In this document: positions 33,570 to 48,879 of the stretch, one piece after another | Layout: the number at the start of each line of letters is the position of its first letter | Numbering within the stretch: the stretch's first letter is position 1 | DNA from: the human T2T-CHM13v2.0 reference genome, Homo sapiens | Length of the DNA stretch: 64,000 bases | Reading direction: 5' to 3' (one strand) | NCBI RefSeq assembly: GCF_009914755.1 | Contig: NC_060947.1 | Program-made: the position numbers and the translations under genes | The notes under the pieces: generated by a model | Seen by the model: the letters and a program-made list of their open reading frames with translations, nothing else | Database searches by the model: none | What the model was told of the DNA's origin: nothing

Positions 33570-34074
33570 CTGGGAAACAAACACAGCTGTCTTCAGAGTC
33601 AGTGCTTCAAGCCAACAGAGCTTAAAACTGCAGTCCCTAATTTAAAAACCTAATGAAAATAAAAACATTCTCCTCACATATGGAGGTGACGCTCGTGTCC
33701 CAGCAGTAGTAGGACATGGCCTTAGAGGTACGTACCTGCAGAGAGCTGGCTATTTCAAATGACTCGGGAACAAGAAGGCAGGCTGCAGTTTAAAGAAGGG
33801 GGTGGGTCCAGCGTGCAGGCACGCTTGCCATGTGCCTCCACCCACTCCCAGCCAGGCATTAATGGCAGGAGATTGGCCAGCTCTTCTCTGTCACATTCCT
33901 ATTTCTGACTTCTGCCTGGCTTTCAGTTTCTGCCCCACCTTGGCTTTTTCCCAGCTTGAACCTAATAGAACTCCAGAGTTTGGGGGGAGGCCCAGCCCTT
34001 TGTTTTCTGCTCTTGAAGCATATTCACACATAAAAAGTTGTATTCTCTTATACAAACTGTTTTGAGGCTCTTAC

Positions 34075-34151
34075 CGTAGTCGAAGGTATCTTAGATCTTC
34101 CTTAGTGATCTCATTAAGAATATCCGAAAGTGTATAACCCTCTTCAACAAT
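34075..34151 (-). CDS. MAP3K15: MAP3K15 penultimate exon (IVEEGYTLSDILNEITKEDLRYLRLR), SAM domain
   Basis: AG/GT flanks, 77 nt, phase consistent with both neighbours. Confidence 0.95.
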
Positions 34152-34228
34152 CTGAAACAAAGATCAGATCCTTAAGAGCTGAGCAGCTGTGTAACAACAG
34201 CATAAGAATTTCTTTGTTGTAAATTTAC

Positions 34229-34329
34229 CTTTTCAATTGTCTTTGCATCAGCTCCTTGCAGCCGCAACCAGTCTATAAGCTCTTTATCTGTTCTCTGCCC
34301 GTAGGGGCCTGCTGGGTTCTCTGTAATAC
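34229..34329 (-). CDS. MAP3K15: MAP3K15 exon (ITENPAGPYGQRTDKELIDWLRLQGADAKTIEK)
   Basis: AG/GT flanks, 101 nt, start of the SAM domain. Confidence 0.95.
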
Positions 34330-34398
34330 CTGTAACGATTGGCAATTTGTTATATATTAGTCTAACCATAAAACTCTTCAAAAGTAACCAGTTGGATT

Positions 34399-34404
34399 AA
34401 TAAA
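34399..34404 (+). terminator. PDHA1: Candidate distal PDHA1 poly(A) signal AATAAA (long 3' UTR)
   Basis: Canonical hexamer about 2 kb after the stop; fits my recall of short and long PDHA1 mRNAs. Another AATAAA lies at 33658-33663. Confidence 0.55.
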
Positions 34405-35473
34405 TGATTCCAGAATGTAAATGTGATGTGAAAAAGAGATGAATTAACCCTGTATCACTGAACCACGCTAATACGTATTACACAATTCATAATTCTGAGA
34501 TTCACTTTCTAGAAAGCCTCCTCATCTAGGATACCTTCAGTTAGTTTGGAATTTGACATGTTAGGTCTACCACTTTAAATGCTTATCCCCACATCTTTCA
34601 AATGCCTTTCCTTAGGAATCACATCCCTAACTGCACTGGAAATCCTACAAGGAAATAGGTTTTAGTGTTGAGGTCAGAGCTTATCTAGTCCACATTCCAA
34701 GAGGTAGCTCTGGAGCTCGTTTCTAAGTGGCCCAAAACGAATGTCAGGTTGATGGAGGCATATTTATTTACTTATGCAGTAAACTACCCTTTTTAGGTGT
34801 CCAATGTGCTATGAAGGTGGCAGCACAGATACAGAAATGACTGTCACTCCCAAAAGTCCTCATGTGCCCTTTACAATCAGTCCCGTCACCTCCCCATTCT
34901 GATTCTGTCCCTGTAGTTTTGCCTTTTCTGGAGGAAAAGGAATCATGGTATGTGGCCTTTTGAATCTTTTTTTTTTTTTTTTTTTTTGAGACAGGGTTTC
35001 ACTGTCACTCAGGCCAGAGTGCAGTGGCATGACCTCGGCTCACTGCAGCCTCAACCTCCTGGGCTCAGGTGATCCTCCCATGTCAGCCTCCTAAGTAGCT
35101 AGGACTACAGGCATGCATCCACCAAGCCCAGCTGGTTTTTTTCTATTTTTTGTACGGATGGGGTTTTGCCATGTTGACCAGGCTGGTCCTGAACTCCTGG
35201 GTTCAATTGATCTGCTAGCCTCAGCCTCCCAGAGTGCTGGGATTACAGGCACGAGCTACGGTGCTGGCTGTGAATCTAGCTCTTTCACTTAGCATACTGC
35301 ATTTACAATGCAGCCATGTTGTTGAATCTATCAGTAGTCCCTTTTTATGATTGAGAAGTAGTCTAGAATCTACTGGAGTCCTGGATTAACAGAAGATAAC
35401 CTCAAATGTTTCTTCAAAGCTAACTAGAATATTAGCTAGATGTTAAAGTCTGTCTCATTGGAAAATGACTTAC

Positions 35474-35586
35474 AATTCGATTTTAATTTTAACTGAAGGT
35501 GATACAATTCTTGAGTTTTCTGTTCTAGAGTTTGCCGCAGAAGATTCTGGTACTCTCTCTCTTTTTCAACTAGGTGTTCCAAAAGT
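35474..35586 (-). CDS. MAP3K15: MAP3K15 exon (LLEHLVEKEREYQNLLRQTLEQKTQELYHLQLKLKSN), C-terminal coiled coil
   Basis: T-tract + CAG acceptor, GTAAGT donor, 113 nt. Confidence 0.95.
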
Positions 35587-35846
35587 CTGGTTTAAAAAAA
35601 AAAAAAAAAAGCCATTATCCAGAGAGCATTCAACACCATTCAATTTAACTCAAGCATCTGTTGTGCATACATTAGAGATGGAAAAAAAATGGAAAATGGG
35701 ACAAGTCTAAGAGTCAGCCTAGAGAGGGAAGCACATGTGTTTCTTCAGGTTCTGTGACTCAGACTTCAGTCTGCAGAGGGGAACCTTCCTTGTGTTTTCC
35801 TCCCCTTGACAACAAAGGCCAGTGCTCACAGCTTGGATATATTTTT

Positions 35847-36190
35847 GCAATGGACTCAATGTGTGCCCCTCACCCGGCCCAAGTTCATATGTTGAAATCC
35901 TAACCCACAAGGTGATGGTGTTAGGAGACGGAGCTTTGAGAGGTGAGGTGAGAGGAGTGTCCTTGTGAAAGGAGACCCCAGAGGCTCCCTCATCCCTTCC
36001 ACCATGTGAGGACACACCGCGAGAAGATGGCCATCTGTGAATGGGGAAGCAGGCCCTCACTGGCCACGGAATCTGCTGGCACCTCGATCTTGGACTTCGA
36101 GTCTCCAGAACTGTGAGAAACACATTTCTGTTGTTTATAAGCTGCCTGGTCTCTGGTTATTTTGTTACAGTAGCCTGAACGCACTCAGGC
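35847..36190 (+). mobile_element. MLT1A-like MaLR LTR
   Basis: TGCAATGGACTCAATGTGTG...TTCATATGTTGAAATCCTAACCC...CTCCAGAACTGTGAGAAA..ATTTCTGTTGTTTATAAG. Confidence 0.7.
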
Positions 36191-36311
36191 AGTTTTGTCT
36201 CAAAAACGTATCGTGAACCAAAAGATGCCGATGTTAATCAGAACTCAGCCAGAAGGACGATGTGATTATTTAAACCTGGCTCCCTAAGTCAGATAAGGCA
36301 GCTGAAACTAG

Positions 36312-36725
<414 letters not shown>

Positions 36726-37107
36726 TGAGTGAGACATGCTGCTCTGCCGGTGGGGAGGATGGCTCCTGCCAACATCCACCAAGCACTTCCTACCCAGAAT
36801 CCAGGACTGTGCCAAACACTGCATGAATTCAGTCACTGAAGCCCTGCGGCACTTCTAGGAAGCACTGGTTGTTCTAAACCCCTGTTTTGAAGCTGAGGTA
36901 ACTGAGGCAGAGGAGTTAAGTAACGCCCAGAGTCCACAGGCTGGGCTCTTCCCAAGGGACCGCCTCCTGAAACCCAGTCTTGCTCATGGGCTCTCTGGGA
37001 TCAGATATGACTTGGCACAACTGTGCCTCAAACTTCCCCCACATGCCACCTCAGGCATAGCATGCCTTGGGGGAAAGGGCTGACAGATTGGAACCACGTC
37101 TAGCTTT

Positions 37108-38328
<1,221 letters not shown>

Positions 38329-38399
38329 CTTTTATTGTTTGCTTACATACCTAGTACATGGGATTTGTTTCTTAACTGTGTGTTCCTTTAATTCATTTA

Positions 38400-38801
<402 letters not shown>

Positions 38802-39149
38802 TCACTGCAACAGTAGAGAGATGAGAACACAGGAACTCCTGGATTATTTGGTGGCAAAGTGGGGTGGGGAGAGGAGAACACTTCTGCCCCAGCACAACAG
38901 CAGAGGAAATATTGGCACTCAGCAAATTAGAAGTCCTCTCCCAGCCCTGCCCAACTGCCTGCCTTCATCCTGGTCTCTCTAGTAGTCCTCCTTTTACGTT
39001 AGTGAAGGAGACAACTCAAGCTTGTGCCTGTATCCAGTGGGAAGGACTCTCAGGACTTCATCAGGACAGACACATCATCCTGTCTAAGAGGTGTCATCTT
39101 CCTTTGGCTCTGCCCAACTGCCACATAGCCAAGGCACTTCATACTACAG

Positions 39150-39508
39150 TGATATGGTTTGGCTGTGTCCCCACCCAAATCTCATCTTGAACTGTAGCTC
39201 CCATAATTCCCTTGTGTTGTGGGAGGGACCCAGTGGGAGATAATTGAATCATGGGGGTGGTTTCCCCCATACTGTTCTCATGGTACTGAATAAGTCTCAT
39301 GAGATCTGATGGCTTTATAAGGGAAAACCCCTTCCGCCTGGTTCTTTCATTCTTTCTTGTCTGCTGCCATGTAAGACGTGCCTTTTACCTTCTGCCATGA
39401 TTGTGAGGCCTCCCCAGCCTCGTGGAACTGTAAGTCCATTAAACCTCTTACTCTTATAAATTGCCCAGTTTCTGGTATGTATCAGCAGCGTGAAAATGGA
39501 CTAATACA
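39150..39508 (+). mobile_element. THE1 solo LTR
   Basis: TGATATGGTTTGGCTGTGTCCCCACCCAAATCTCATCTTGAA ... AATGGACTAATACA. Confidence 0.9.
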
Positions 39509-39699
39509 CACAAGGACAAGCACCTTATGCAGGAATGTACAGTTTACGTCAATGCCATTCACAGACTGGCTGCTGCCTAACCAATTCCTCATTCCACTGA
39601 GACTGGAAAATAACACAATGACTATCGACAGTGGAGAGAAATAACCTTCAAACCCATATATAATCATTTTATGAATTTGGTGATTATAAATCTTATTGG

Positions 39700-40218
39700 G
39701 TGACCCAGCAACCTCATTACTGGGTATATGCCCAGAGGAATATAAATGGTTCTATTATAAAGATACATGCACATATATGTTCATTGCAGCACTATTCACA
39801 ATAGCAAAGACATGGAATCATCCTAAATGTCCATTGATGATAGACTAAAGAAAATGTGGTACATATACACCATGGAATATTATGCAGCCATAAAAAAAGA
39901 ACGAGATCATGTCCTTTGCAGGGACATGAATGGAGCCGGAGGCCATTATCCTTAGCAAACAAATGCAGGAACAAAAAACCAAATACCACGTGCCGTGGGA
40001 GCTAAATGATGAGAACATATGGACACATAGAGGGGAACAACACACACTGGGGCCTACCAGAGGGTGGAGGCTGGGAGGAGGATCAGGAAAAGCAACTAAT
40101 GGATACTAGGCTTAATGCCTGGGTGATGAAACAATCTGTACAATAAACCCCCATGACACAAGTTTACCTGTGTAAAAAACCTGCACTTGTACTCTTGAAC
40201 TTAAAAAAAAAAAAAAAC
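39700..40218 (+). mobile_element. 5'-truncated L1PA-type 3' end with poly(A)
   Basis: L1 ORF2 end and 3' UTR wording (CATTACTGGGTATAT.CCCA, GCAGCCATAAAAAAGAACGAGATCATGTCCTTTGCAGGGACATG) plus A tail. Confidence 0.85.
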
Positions 40219-40400
40219 TTTCAAAATGTTGCCACCACTACCATTTAACTAAAGCTCTGGGTCTTTTAAAAAAAGAAATGATTAGATGATCTAAGATTGA
40301 ACTTGAGAGATCCCTGACAGCATACACAACCTTTCATCCAAAATACGTAACTGGCCCCTTGTCTCCCGGTTAAATAGTCATTAGCATTCCTCAGCAATGA

Positions 40401-40763
<363 letters not shown>

Positions 40764-40852
40764 TGAGCCACTGTGCCCGGTCAACTATGGATTACTTTTA
40801 AAAACCAAATCACGCAGCTGATAATGTGACTTCCCAGAGCAAACAGGAATAA

Positions 40853-41050
<198 letters not shown>

Positions 41051-41789
41051 TAGTTTTAGAAGAGATGGGGTTTCACCATGTTGGCCAGGCTGTCTCAAAC
41101 TCTTGACCTTAAGTGATCCACTCACCTCGGCCTCTCAAAGTGTTGGGATTACAGGCGTGAGCCACCACGCCCATCCACTTCACAAATATTAAGCACCTAC
41201 TATGTGCCAGGAAGTGAACAAAACAGACCAGTGCATTGGAGGAATATGATGGTGATGCCAGGGTTCCCTGGTTGGGAAGCTAGTCCACTAATGCCCGTCT
41301 AGGGATCATGACAAATCACATGGAAGAAATGACAACAGGACAAACTTCCTCGGGGTCGGGATTATGGGATGTACATCCACTGATGAAGTGCTAACCAACC
41401 CCCAAACCCTGCTACTTCTGCAGGGGCAGGCTGCTGAGCCTGCGAGACCCACACACCATGCCAGGGGCCCCGTCTTGGTGAAAAGAGAGAAAGAATTCAC
41501 AGATGCTGCTGCCTTTAGTATGAGTAATTTCTGTGTGGTCTGGGGCAAGGTACTATATATACCTCTCTGATTCTGAGTTTTTTTTTTTTTTTTTTTAAAG
41601 GAAGGCATTCCTCTAGTCCCTCAATTGAGGCTGAGAATATGCGCCCTTGCCTAGTTCGTGGATGATGAAGCTGCTTTTTCCTAAGACCTGGGTGAGATGG
41701 TCAACAATAAAGCCAATTAATCAGCATCTTGGTGGCTCAGGCCACTGTCCCAGCGCCTGCTCCCAGAGGAGGGCCCAGAAGCTCCTCAC

Positions 41790-41955
41790 CTGTTGGTCTC
41801 CTGTCTGAGCTCACCCAGCTGGAGGCTCAGGTGCTGCTGGTGGGGCTGGGCCTCCTGGCCAGGTCCGGTGGCTGGGGGATAGCCCTCTTCCGCTTCATCC
41901 ATGTCCTTATCTACCCCTTCAGTCTCACAGGTAGGCTCAAAGTGGGCTCGGAGCT
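41790..41955 (-). CDS. MAP3K15: MAP3K15 exon (ELRAHFEPTCETEG...QLGELRQETNR)
   Basis: CAG acceptor, GTGAG donor, 166 nt, phase consistent. Confidence 0.93.
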
Positions 41956-42449
41956 CTGCAAATCACACAAGACATGACAATGGTGAGCAAACCAGGCCAG
42001 TGGGGCCTGGGGTCGCAGACACCCAGGTCAGCAAACCGGGCTGTTCAGAAGCTGGCCCAGCCCGTGCCATGCTCCATTAGGGGACTGCTGACTTTACAAA
42101 TGGAGAAGAGACTGTTCCATTTGGTTCTCTGCAGCGTAAAGTTGATCACGCCAGTTTCCACAGGAAGAAATTGAGGCTTAAGGATATGAAGTGAACCAAG
42201 GCCAGCGTTCAAAAGGTACAACCAGGCCAGGAGCAATGGCTTACACCTGTAATCCAAGCACTTTGGGAGGCTGAGGCAGGCAGATCACTTGAGGTCAGGA
42301 GTTTGAAACCAGCCCGGCCAACATGGTGAAACCCCATCTCTACTAAAAAATATATACAAAAATTAGCCAGGTCCAGGCGCAGTGGCTCACGCCTGTAATC
42401 CCATCACTTTGGGAGGCTGAGGCGGGCAGATCACAAGGTCAAGAGATCA

Positions 42450-42710
<261 letters not shown>

Positions 42711-43059
42711 TTACTACAGAAGGTGTCTGCTTGGAGTGGGAGAGGAATTAAGCACTGGGGTTTCCCAAGCCTCTCCTGCAGCTGAGCCTGGGCTACACAG
42801 TGCATTCGGGAGGGTGGGCTGGAGCCAAACAGCAAGGAGCTGAAGGAAAGGGGGAAACCATGATGGCGACAGAATGGGCTGTAAAGCCTCCCTTAGCAGG
42901 AAGAAGTCACCAGAGAAGGAGAATCAACTTTGGTAACATTTCAAAAAGGAAATTGACAAAAACCAAAAACTTCTGTAACTACTACATGATGATTCAGAGA
43001 GAGGAATCTGAGCCACTGTATTGTCAGTTACCCAAGAAACATTCCTGAGTGCACGATGA

Positions 43060-43445
<386 letters not shown>

Positions 43446-43694
43446 TGAGATTGTGAGTTATAGTTTATGTGTAGTCACCTTCATCATGCTTCAGGGACAC
43501 GTAAATACAGCACCACGAGATGCTCTCAGAACTACAGAATCAGCCCCGGAAGAAGTCTATGACAACATGCATTTAATTCCAAGGAAGTAGATAACCAAGA
43601 TGGAAAAGAGAAAAGCAACAACTGTTGAATGAAGAGGATATTTCTTATCTTTTCACGGCCTAAAGCTGACCTTGACCACAAAGGGGGCGCTCAC

Positions 43695-43800
43695 CTGGGA
43701 TGAGAATGGTGACCGCGGCCTGCACCGCTCGGCGGATGATGTTGTCCATCGCGAACATCCAGTGGGGCCTAATTAAGTGGTTCCTCAAAATTTTATTTAC
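43695..43800 (-). CDS. MAP3K15: MAP3K15 exon ([35 protein letters not shown])
   Basis: T-tract + TAG acceptor, GTGAG donor, 106 nt; ASK-family PHWMFA motif. Confidence 0.96.
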
Positions 43801-44080
43801 CTAAAAAAAAAAAAAATAATAAAATAAACTAAAATCACAAAAATCCAGATTTCCAGTGCATTGCACGGAGAATCACGGCAACCTACACTCATCCTCTTGG
43901 GGGCCGCATGCAATCAGCCAGTTCACCCAGATGCCATTTCCTGGACTTCATTGTTTAGGAGGAGCTGCTGAAGCTTGGGATTCAGGTGTATACAGTTAAG
44001 AAGAGATGGGGGCTATGGGAGGAGGTGGTAACTGAATTCCAAGATCTGGTGTGTTCCCTAGGGCCAGATGGAGCACTTAC

Positions 44081-44266
44081 GGCATCCTGAAATCCGAACA
44101 GCACCAGGTGAATCTGACTGATGGACGAGCTGTCAAAGTCCAGGTCCACCTTGAGCTTTGATATTGTGGTCGCCATCACCCGGTGCTCTGGGGAGCGGAT
44201 GAAGTCCCTCAGGATCCCAATGATTTGCTTGATGTGTCCAACTGAGAGATGCAACTCTTCGGAACT
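44081..44266 (-). CDS. MAP3K15: MAP3K15 exon (SSEELHLSVGHIKQIIG...LVLFGFQDA)
   Basis: AG/GT flanks, 186 nt; LFGFQDA is conserved in ASK kinases. Confidence 0.96.
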
Positions 44267-44667
44267 CTGAAAACACACACAAATCATTTTCATTGAGTCA
44301 GATTGAGAGAGCGAGAGTTCAGAACACACTGGGGGAAACAAGATGGTCCATTTGCTAAGAAACTTGTGGAACTCCCAGGTGAGAAGGGGTCTCTGTTTGT
44401 TCCCTCCATAACCTTCCTGTCAGGGTCCTGGCCCCTTCTCCCTGGTGGGTGTACAGCTAAGCCCCTCTGTGAATGGCTTCCTGTTTAACCCCTTGTAAGA
44501 GCCCCCATCAAGGCCATAGACATAGTTCAGAGCGGAGCAGCGGCCTCTTCCTAAAAGGCCCTTTTCCATCTGAAATAAGGGAGGGGGGCCGGGCACGGTG
44601 GCTCACACCTGTAATCCCAGCACTTTGGGAAGCCTAGGCAGGCAGATCACCTGAGGTCAGGAGTTCA

Positions 44668-44946
<279 letters not shown>

Positions 44947-45386
44947 CTAGTTCAAAATCAGTTATTTTCACCCATAACCACCCTCCCCAAGGTGGCTGTT
45001 CTCCCAGCTTCTGAGGGCAGCTCTAGCGTGTCCTACAGCTGGGGATTAACTCCAGGACTCAAAACCGGATCATGAGAGGCCAGAGAAGGTGCTTCGGGCT
45101 TTCTGCTACAATCTGGCTGGTTTTCACCAGGGGGCAGCACCGCCCCACCAGTGCCTGGAATCACTGCGGTATCTGCAAATTCATGTTTCGGCAGAGCTTT
45201 TTTTCTTTGTATTTTCTTTTGTTTTGTTGGGGAAGGGAAGGACGTTAGGGAAACATTTACAGTGATCACCGTAACTATGCAGATGTTCCAGGGCGGCAGG
45301 AACTGAGGTCCTGATTGGACCTGTCTGGGGACTGGGACCTGGGCAGAGGGAGCGGGAAGAGTCGGTGCCCTCCCTCGGGCAAATAC

Positions 45387-45561
45387 CTGGGCCACACACT
45401 CCTGCAGGTTGGAAGCCACCTGGTTCTGCTCCTCCCAGAGGATTTTGTACAGGATGGCACGGCGCTCACTGTCCTTGCGTAGCAGGAAGAGGCCCTGGTC
45501 CCTGTCCTCCGGGGACGAGGCCAAGCCCCGGTCTTCCAAGGCTGAGCTCTCGTCTGGAACA
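45387..45561 (-). CDS. MAP3K15: MAP3K15 exon (VPDESSALED...LFLLRKDSERRAILYKIL...CVAQ)
   Basis: AG/GT flanks, 175 nt; LRKDSERR motif. Confidence 0.96.
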
Positions 45562-45739
45562 CTGTGGACAAACACGTGTGACAATCTCTGTGCGTGCCGG
45601 GGCACTGTCCCTGGGAGTGTGTCATGTTAGGACGCCCTGGAGAAGGGCTGAGAGGTAACTGCGATGCAGTCCCTGTGCTCAAGAAGATGAAATTGCCGGA
45701 GGAAGGACAGACATGCAGTGTTCTGTCAACCCCCACAGC

Positions 45740-46095
45740 AGGAGGGAGAGCAGAAGGAGGGGGAGGCGGGGTAAAGGAGCCTCCCAGGAGACAGGGAGGA
45801 GGGAGGGAGGGAGGGAAGGGGGCAAGCACAGAAGGAGAGGTGAGGGAGGGAAGGTGAGGGGGACAGGGGAAGGAGGAAGAGAGAGGAAGGAAAAGGAGGA
45901 AGGGAGGAGGAGGGGCCAGGAGGAGGAGGGGGCCGGAAGATGCAGGGACAGAGGGGGCAAGGGTGAGGGGGAGAGAGAGGGGGAAGAGGAGAGAGGGGAA
46001 GTGTCGAAGGAGAGGGGAGAGAGAAGGGAAGAGGAGAGGTGGGGGAGGGCACATGTGGGGAATGAAAGGACAGGGAGGGAGGGGAAGGGACAGCA
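45740..46095. repeat. Purine-rich (GA/GGA/GGGA) low-complexity tract
   Basis: About 350 bp of mostly G and A on the + strand. Confidence 0.9.
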
Positions 46096-46269
46096 AGTGA
46101 ACGAAGCACCCTCCTTGCCGGGATGGGGCGGCTCAGCTGCCCTACTGCCCTGCAGAAGGGAAGTAAAACCCCTCAGTGGCCATCTGGTTGGGACCAGGGA
46201 GGTGCCCTGTGGCGGAGGACTACCAGCACCCTTTCGGGCCCGCGGCAGACAGACAGAATACGGGTGTAC

Positions 46270-46429
46270 CTGAGGAGGTGGCCAAGGTGGTGCCTGGGCG
46301 CCCGGGTCCTCTCAAAGAGTGCGTCAGGCTGGGCGTCGGAGTCTGGGGAGACAGAGCCGTGCTCGCTGCTGCTGGTGGCCATGGGCTCTCCCTGTGTGGG
46401 CAGGGCCAGGACGACACCGCGGGGACCTT
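46270..46429 (-). CDS. MAP3K15: MAP3K15 exon (EGPRGVVLALP...SSSEHGSVSPDSDAQPD...HLL)
   Basis: CAG acceptor, GT donor, 160 nt, phase consistent. Confidence 0.92.
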
Positions 46430-47210
46430 CTGTAGGGGGACAGCCAGACACCGAATGGGGAGACTCAGAGAGGGACGGGGTGGAGCTGAGTCCCTGGCAG
46501 CCCCTCAAGCCCAGGTGAACCGCCCAGGCACCCAGGATCCTGTAGAAATGTGGGTTGGGCGGGGGACGGGCCACAGGTGCTGTATTTCTACTCAGATGCA
46601 TGCAGTTGGGGGTCCCTCATGGAGCAAGTTGCTGAGCCACTCACTCTGGCAGCTTCTGACCCCGATCGGTACCAGGGAAAAGAGGACAAACTGCTTCCTT
46701 TTCAGGGGCCACTCTTACATCATTGCCAGTTAGGACTTACTGCCCCAGAAGGTGTCACTGGACTTCGGTGGCCTGCAGGACAGCCACATCAGGCAAACCT
46801 CCCTGACAAATCCTTTAATCAAGGTCAGGGTTGGCACACGATGACAAGCCAGGCTCCAAAACTGAAGCCCCAGGCTCTGGCACATGGTGAAGACGCAGAA
46901 CCCCAGCTGGGGTACCTCTTGCCTCCCCACTCTCTTCCCAATCCCGAAGGAACAACTTCCAGCAGACGGCAGCCCAGTCACCCAGAGACTCCCTGGGCCT
47001 CTGTCAGGAGATCGAGGTGCATGTATTAGTTGGATTTTGACAACCTCCAAACCTACTGCACAGGCCCCGTCACTCTTCACAAAAATGGGAATGACGTGAG
47101 CAGCCCAGGGCTCTGGATAGCCAGAACTCTCCCTCCTGAGCAGCAGAGAAGCCCAGCGCCCAGCATTCTTGTGGCCAGGGTGCTGCCCCAGCTGTCCAGG
47201 GAGGCCTCAC

Positions 47211-47394
47211 CTGAGGGCTTGAAGGCAATTCGGTTCTTCTTGCCCTTGTTCACCTGCCTTAAGAAACCCTCTCTCAGTAGCTCAGCAGTGGTGGCACGTT
47301 TGTGGGGGTCAGGCTCGAAACAGGATAAAATGAAGGCTCGGGCTTCAGCTGAAAGGGCTTCTGGAATCTCAGGGTGGATCTTAAACATGCCCAC
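47211..47394 (-). CDS. MAP3K15: MAP3K15 exon, end of kinase domain (VGMFKIHPEIP...CFEPDPHKRATTAELL...FKPS)
   Basis: AG/GT flanks, 184 nt, kinase subdomains X-XI. Confidence 0.97.
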
Positions 47395-48879
47395 CTGCAT
47401 TTAAGGGAGAGGTAACCGATGTGTCAGTGAGGCCTTGGGTGAATTCAGGTATCCATGTCTCAGTCCAAAGCTCCTGTACACCTGACATCCCAGGACAGGC
47501 ATAATCCATGCCCCCTTGCAACGTCACGTTCTTGTTCCTCCCACCCCAAGGTGGAGTCCATTTCCCCCTCACTGGCATCTTGTGACTTGACTTTGACCAA
47601 CAGATAGTGACAGAAGTGACATGGTGAGAGTTTCAGGGCCCGGGCCTTAAGAGGTCTTGTGGCTCCGCTAGTCACCCTTAAAGCCCCGAGACCACCATGC
47701 AGAGAGGAAGCCCAGGAGGTACGACCCCGTGGAGAGGACGCCCCAGCCATCCCAGCTGGAACTGCCATGAGGGAGGGGCCTCTCAGGCCACCCTGCTCCC
47801 CCAAACCACCACTTGGCTGCAACCATGTGAGTGAGCCCAGGCAAAACCCACAGAAGAGCCAACAGTCAGCTCAAAGAGGCATGAGAAAAAGTCATCGTTT
47901 TAAGCTTCTGAAATTTTGGGGTGGTTTGGTACATAGCAGTAGAGAACTGAGATGGGACTTGGGCCACAGCCTAGGGCGGCATGTCCTCTAAGGATACTCA
48001 AAGGCATCTGTTACCTGTTCCCTGACGCACAGGGTCCCCAAGAGATGCCTTTAACACCTCTCAATCCCTCTGCATCCACAGCCCAGATTCCCAGCCTCCA
48101 GCTCAAAACCACAAGCAGACAAAACCTTGAGGCTGCCAATGTATAGACAGGTAACTAATGGCTCTCTGTCCCTGTGACCTGTAGGGAAGTAAGAGTTGGT
48201 TCTGAGCTGCCACATCTCGCTGTGACACGGACATGCTTCCGTGACATGTTATATAGCCCCCTCCTTCATAACTGTTCCCAGTAGGGTGGCCCTCTCATCT
48301 TTTTAGGAGTTGTCACCTTCAGTTTCACAGTCCACCCTGTGTCTTTTCCAAGCCCACCCAACAATCCAGGCGTGGAAGCTGTTCTGTCCTCCAGACCCAT
48401 GCCCATTCCCAGCTCCTCAGAGCTCCTGGGGGCTGGCTCAGCCTCCACAATCCCCGCCGAGTGAGCTCAGGGTGCTGCAGAGTGTAGAGGGCCAGGCCTC
48501 CCCACTTCCTGTCCCCAAGGCCCTTGACCTGGCAGTCACGGCCATGTGCTGTTTCCAACACAGCGCTCCTCCTGGCCAGGCTGCCCAGCTCAGGAGTTAC
48601 GGATTCGAAGAACACTAAATGCTGGGTGAAATCCCACCCACCGCCAGGTCTGCAATGCAGGGTGCCTCACAGGTGGCTCCTCTCACCTGAGCGGTAGGGA
48701 GGTTAAGCTGGCACTGTTCACAGGCACTAGGGGTACAAAGACCAACATTCAGGCAAGAACATGAAAAGGAAAGGGTGGCCTCTGCCCGGCTCTCTGAAAA
48801 CAGCAAATGTGGGCAGCACAATGACACCCGGCTGGGATGTCCTCTTTAAGGGTGCTTTGCCGTGACCCAAAAGCTCCTT

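Noticed and set aside
45275-46273. 273-aa Pro/Leu/Ser-rich and 186-aa Arg/Gly/Glu-rich ORFs
   Set aside because: Artefacts of the purine-rich low-complexity tract
46430-46601. Open frame extending upstream of the MAP3K15 exon, with a candidate acceptor TTCTACAG at 46540-46541
   Set aside because: Using it adds 110 nt, which shifts the frame relative to the preceding exon
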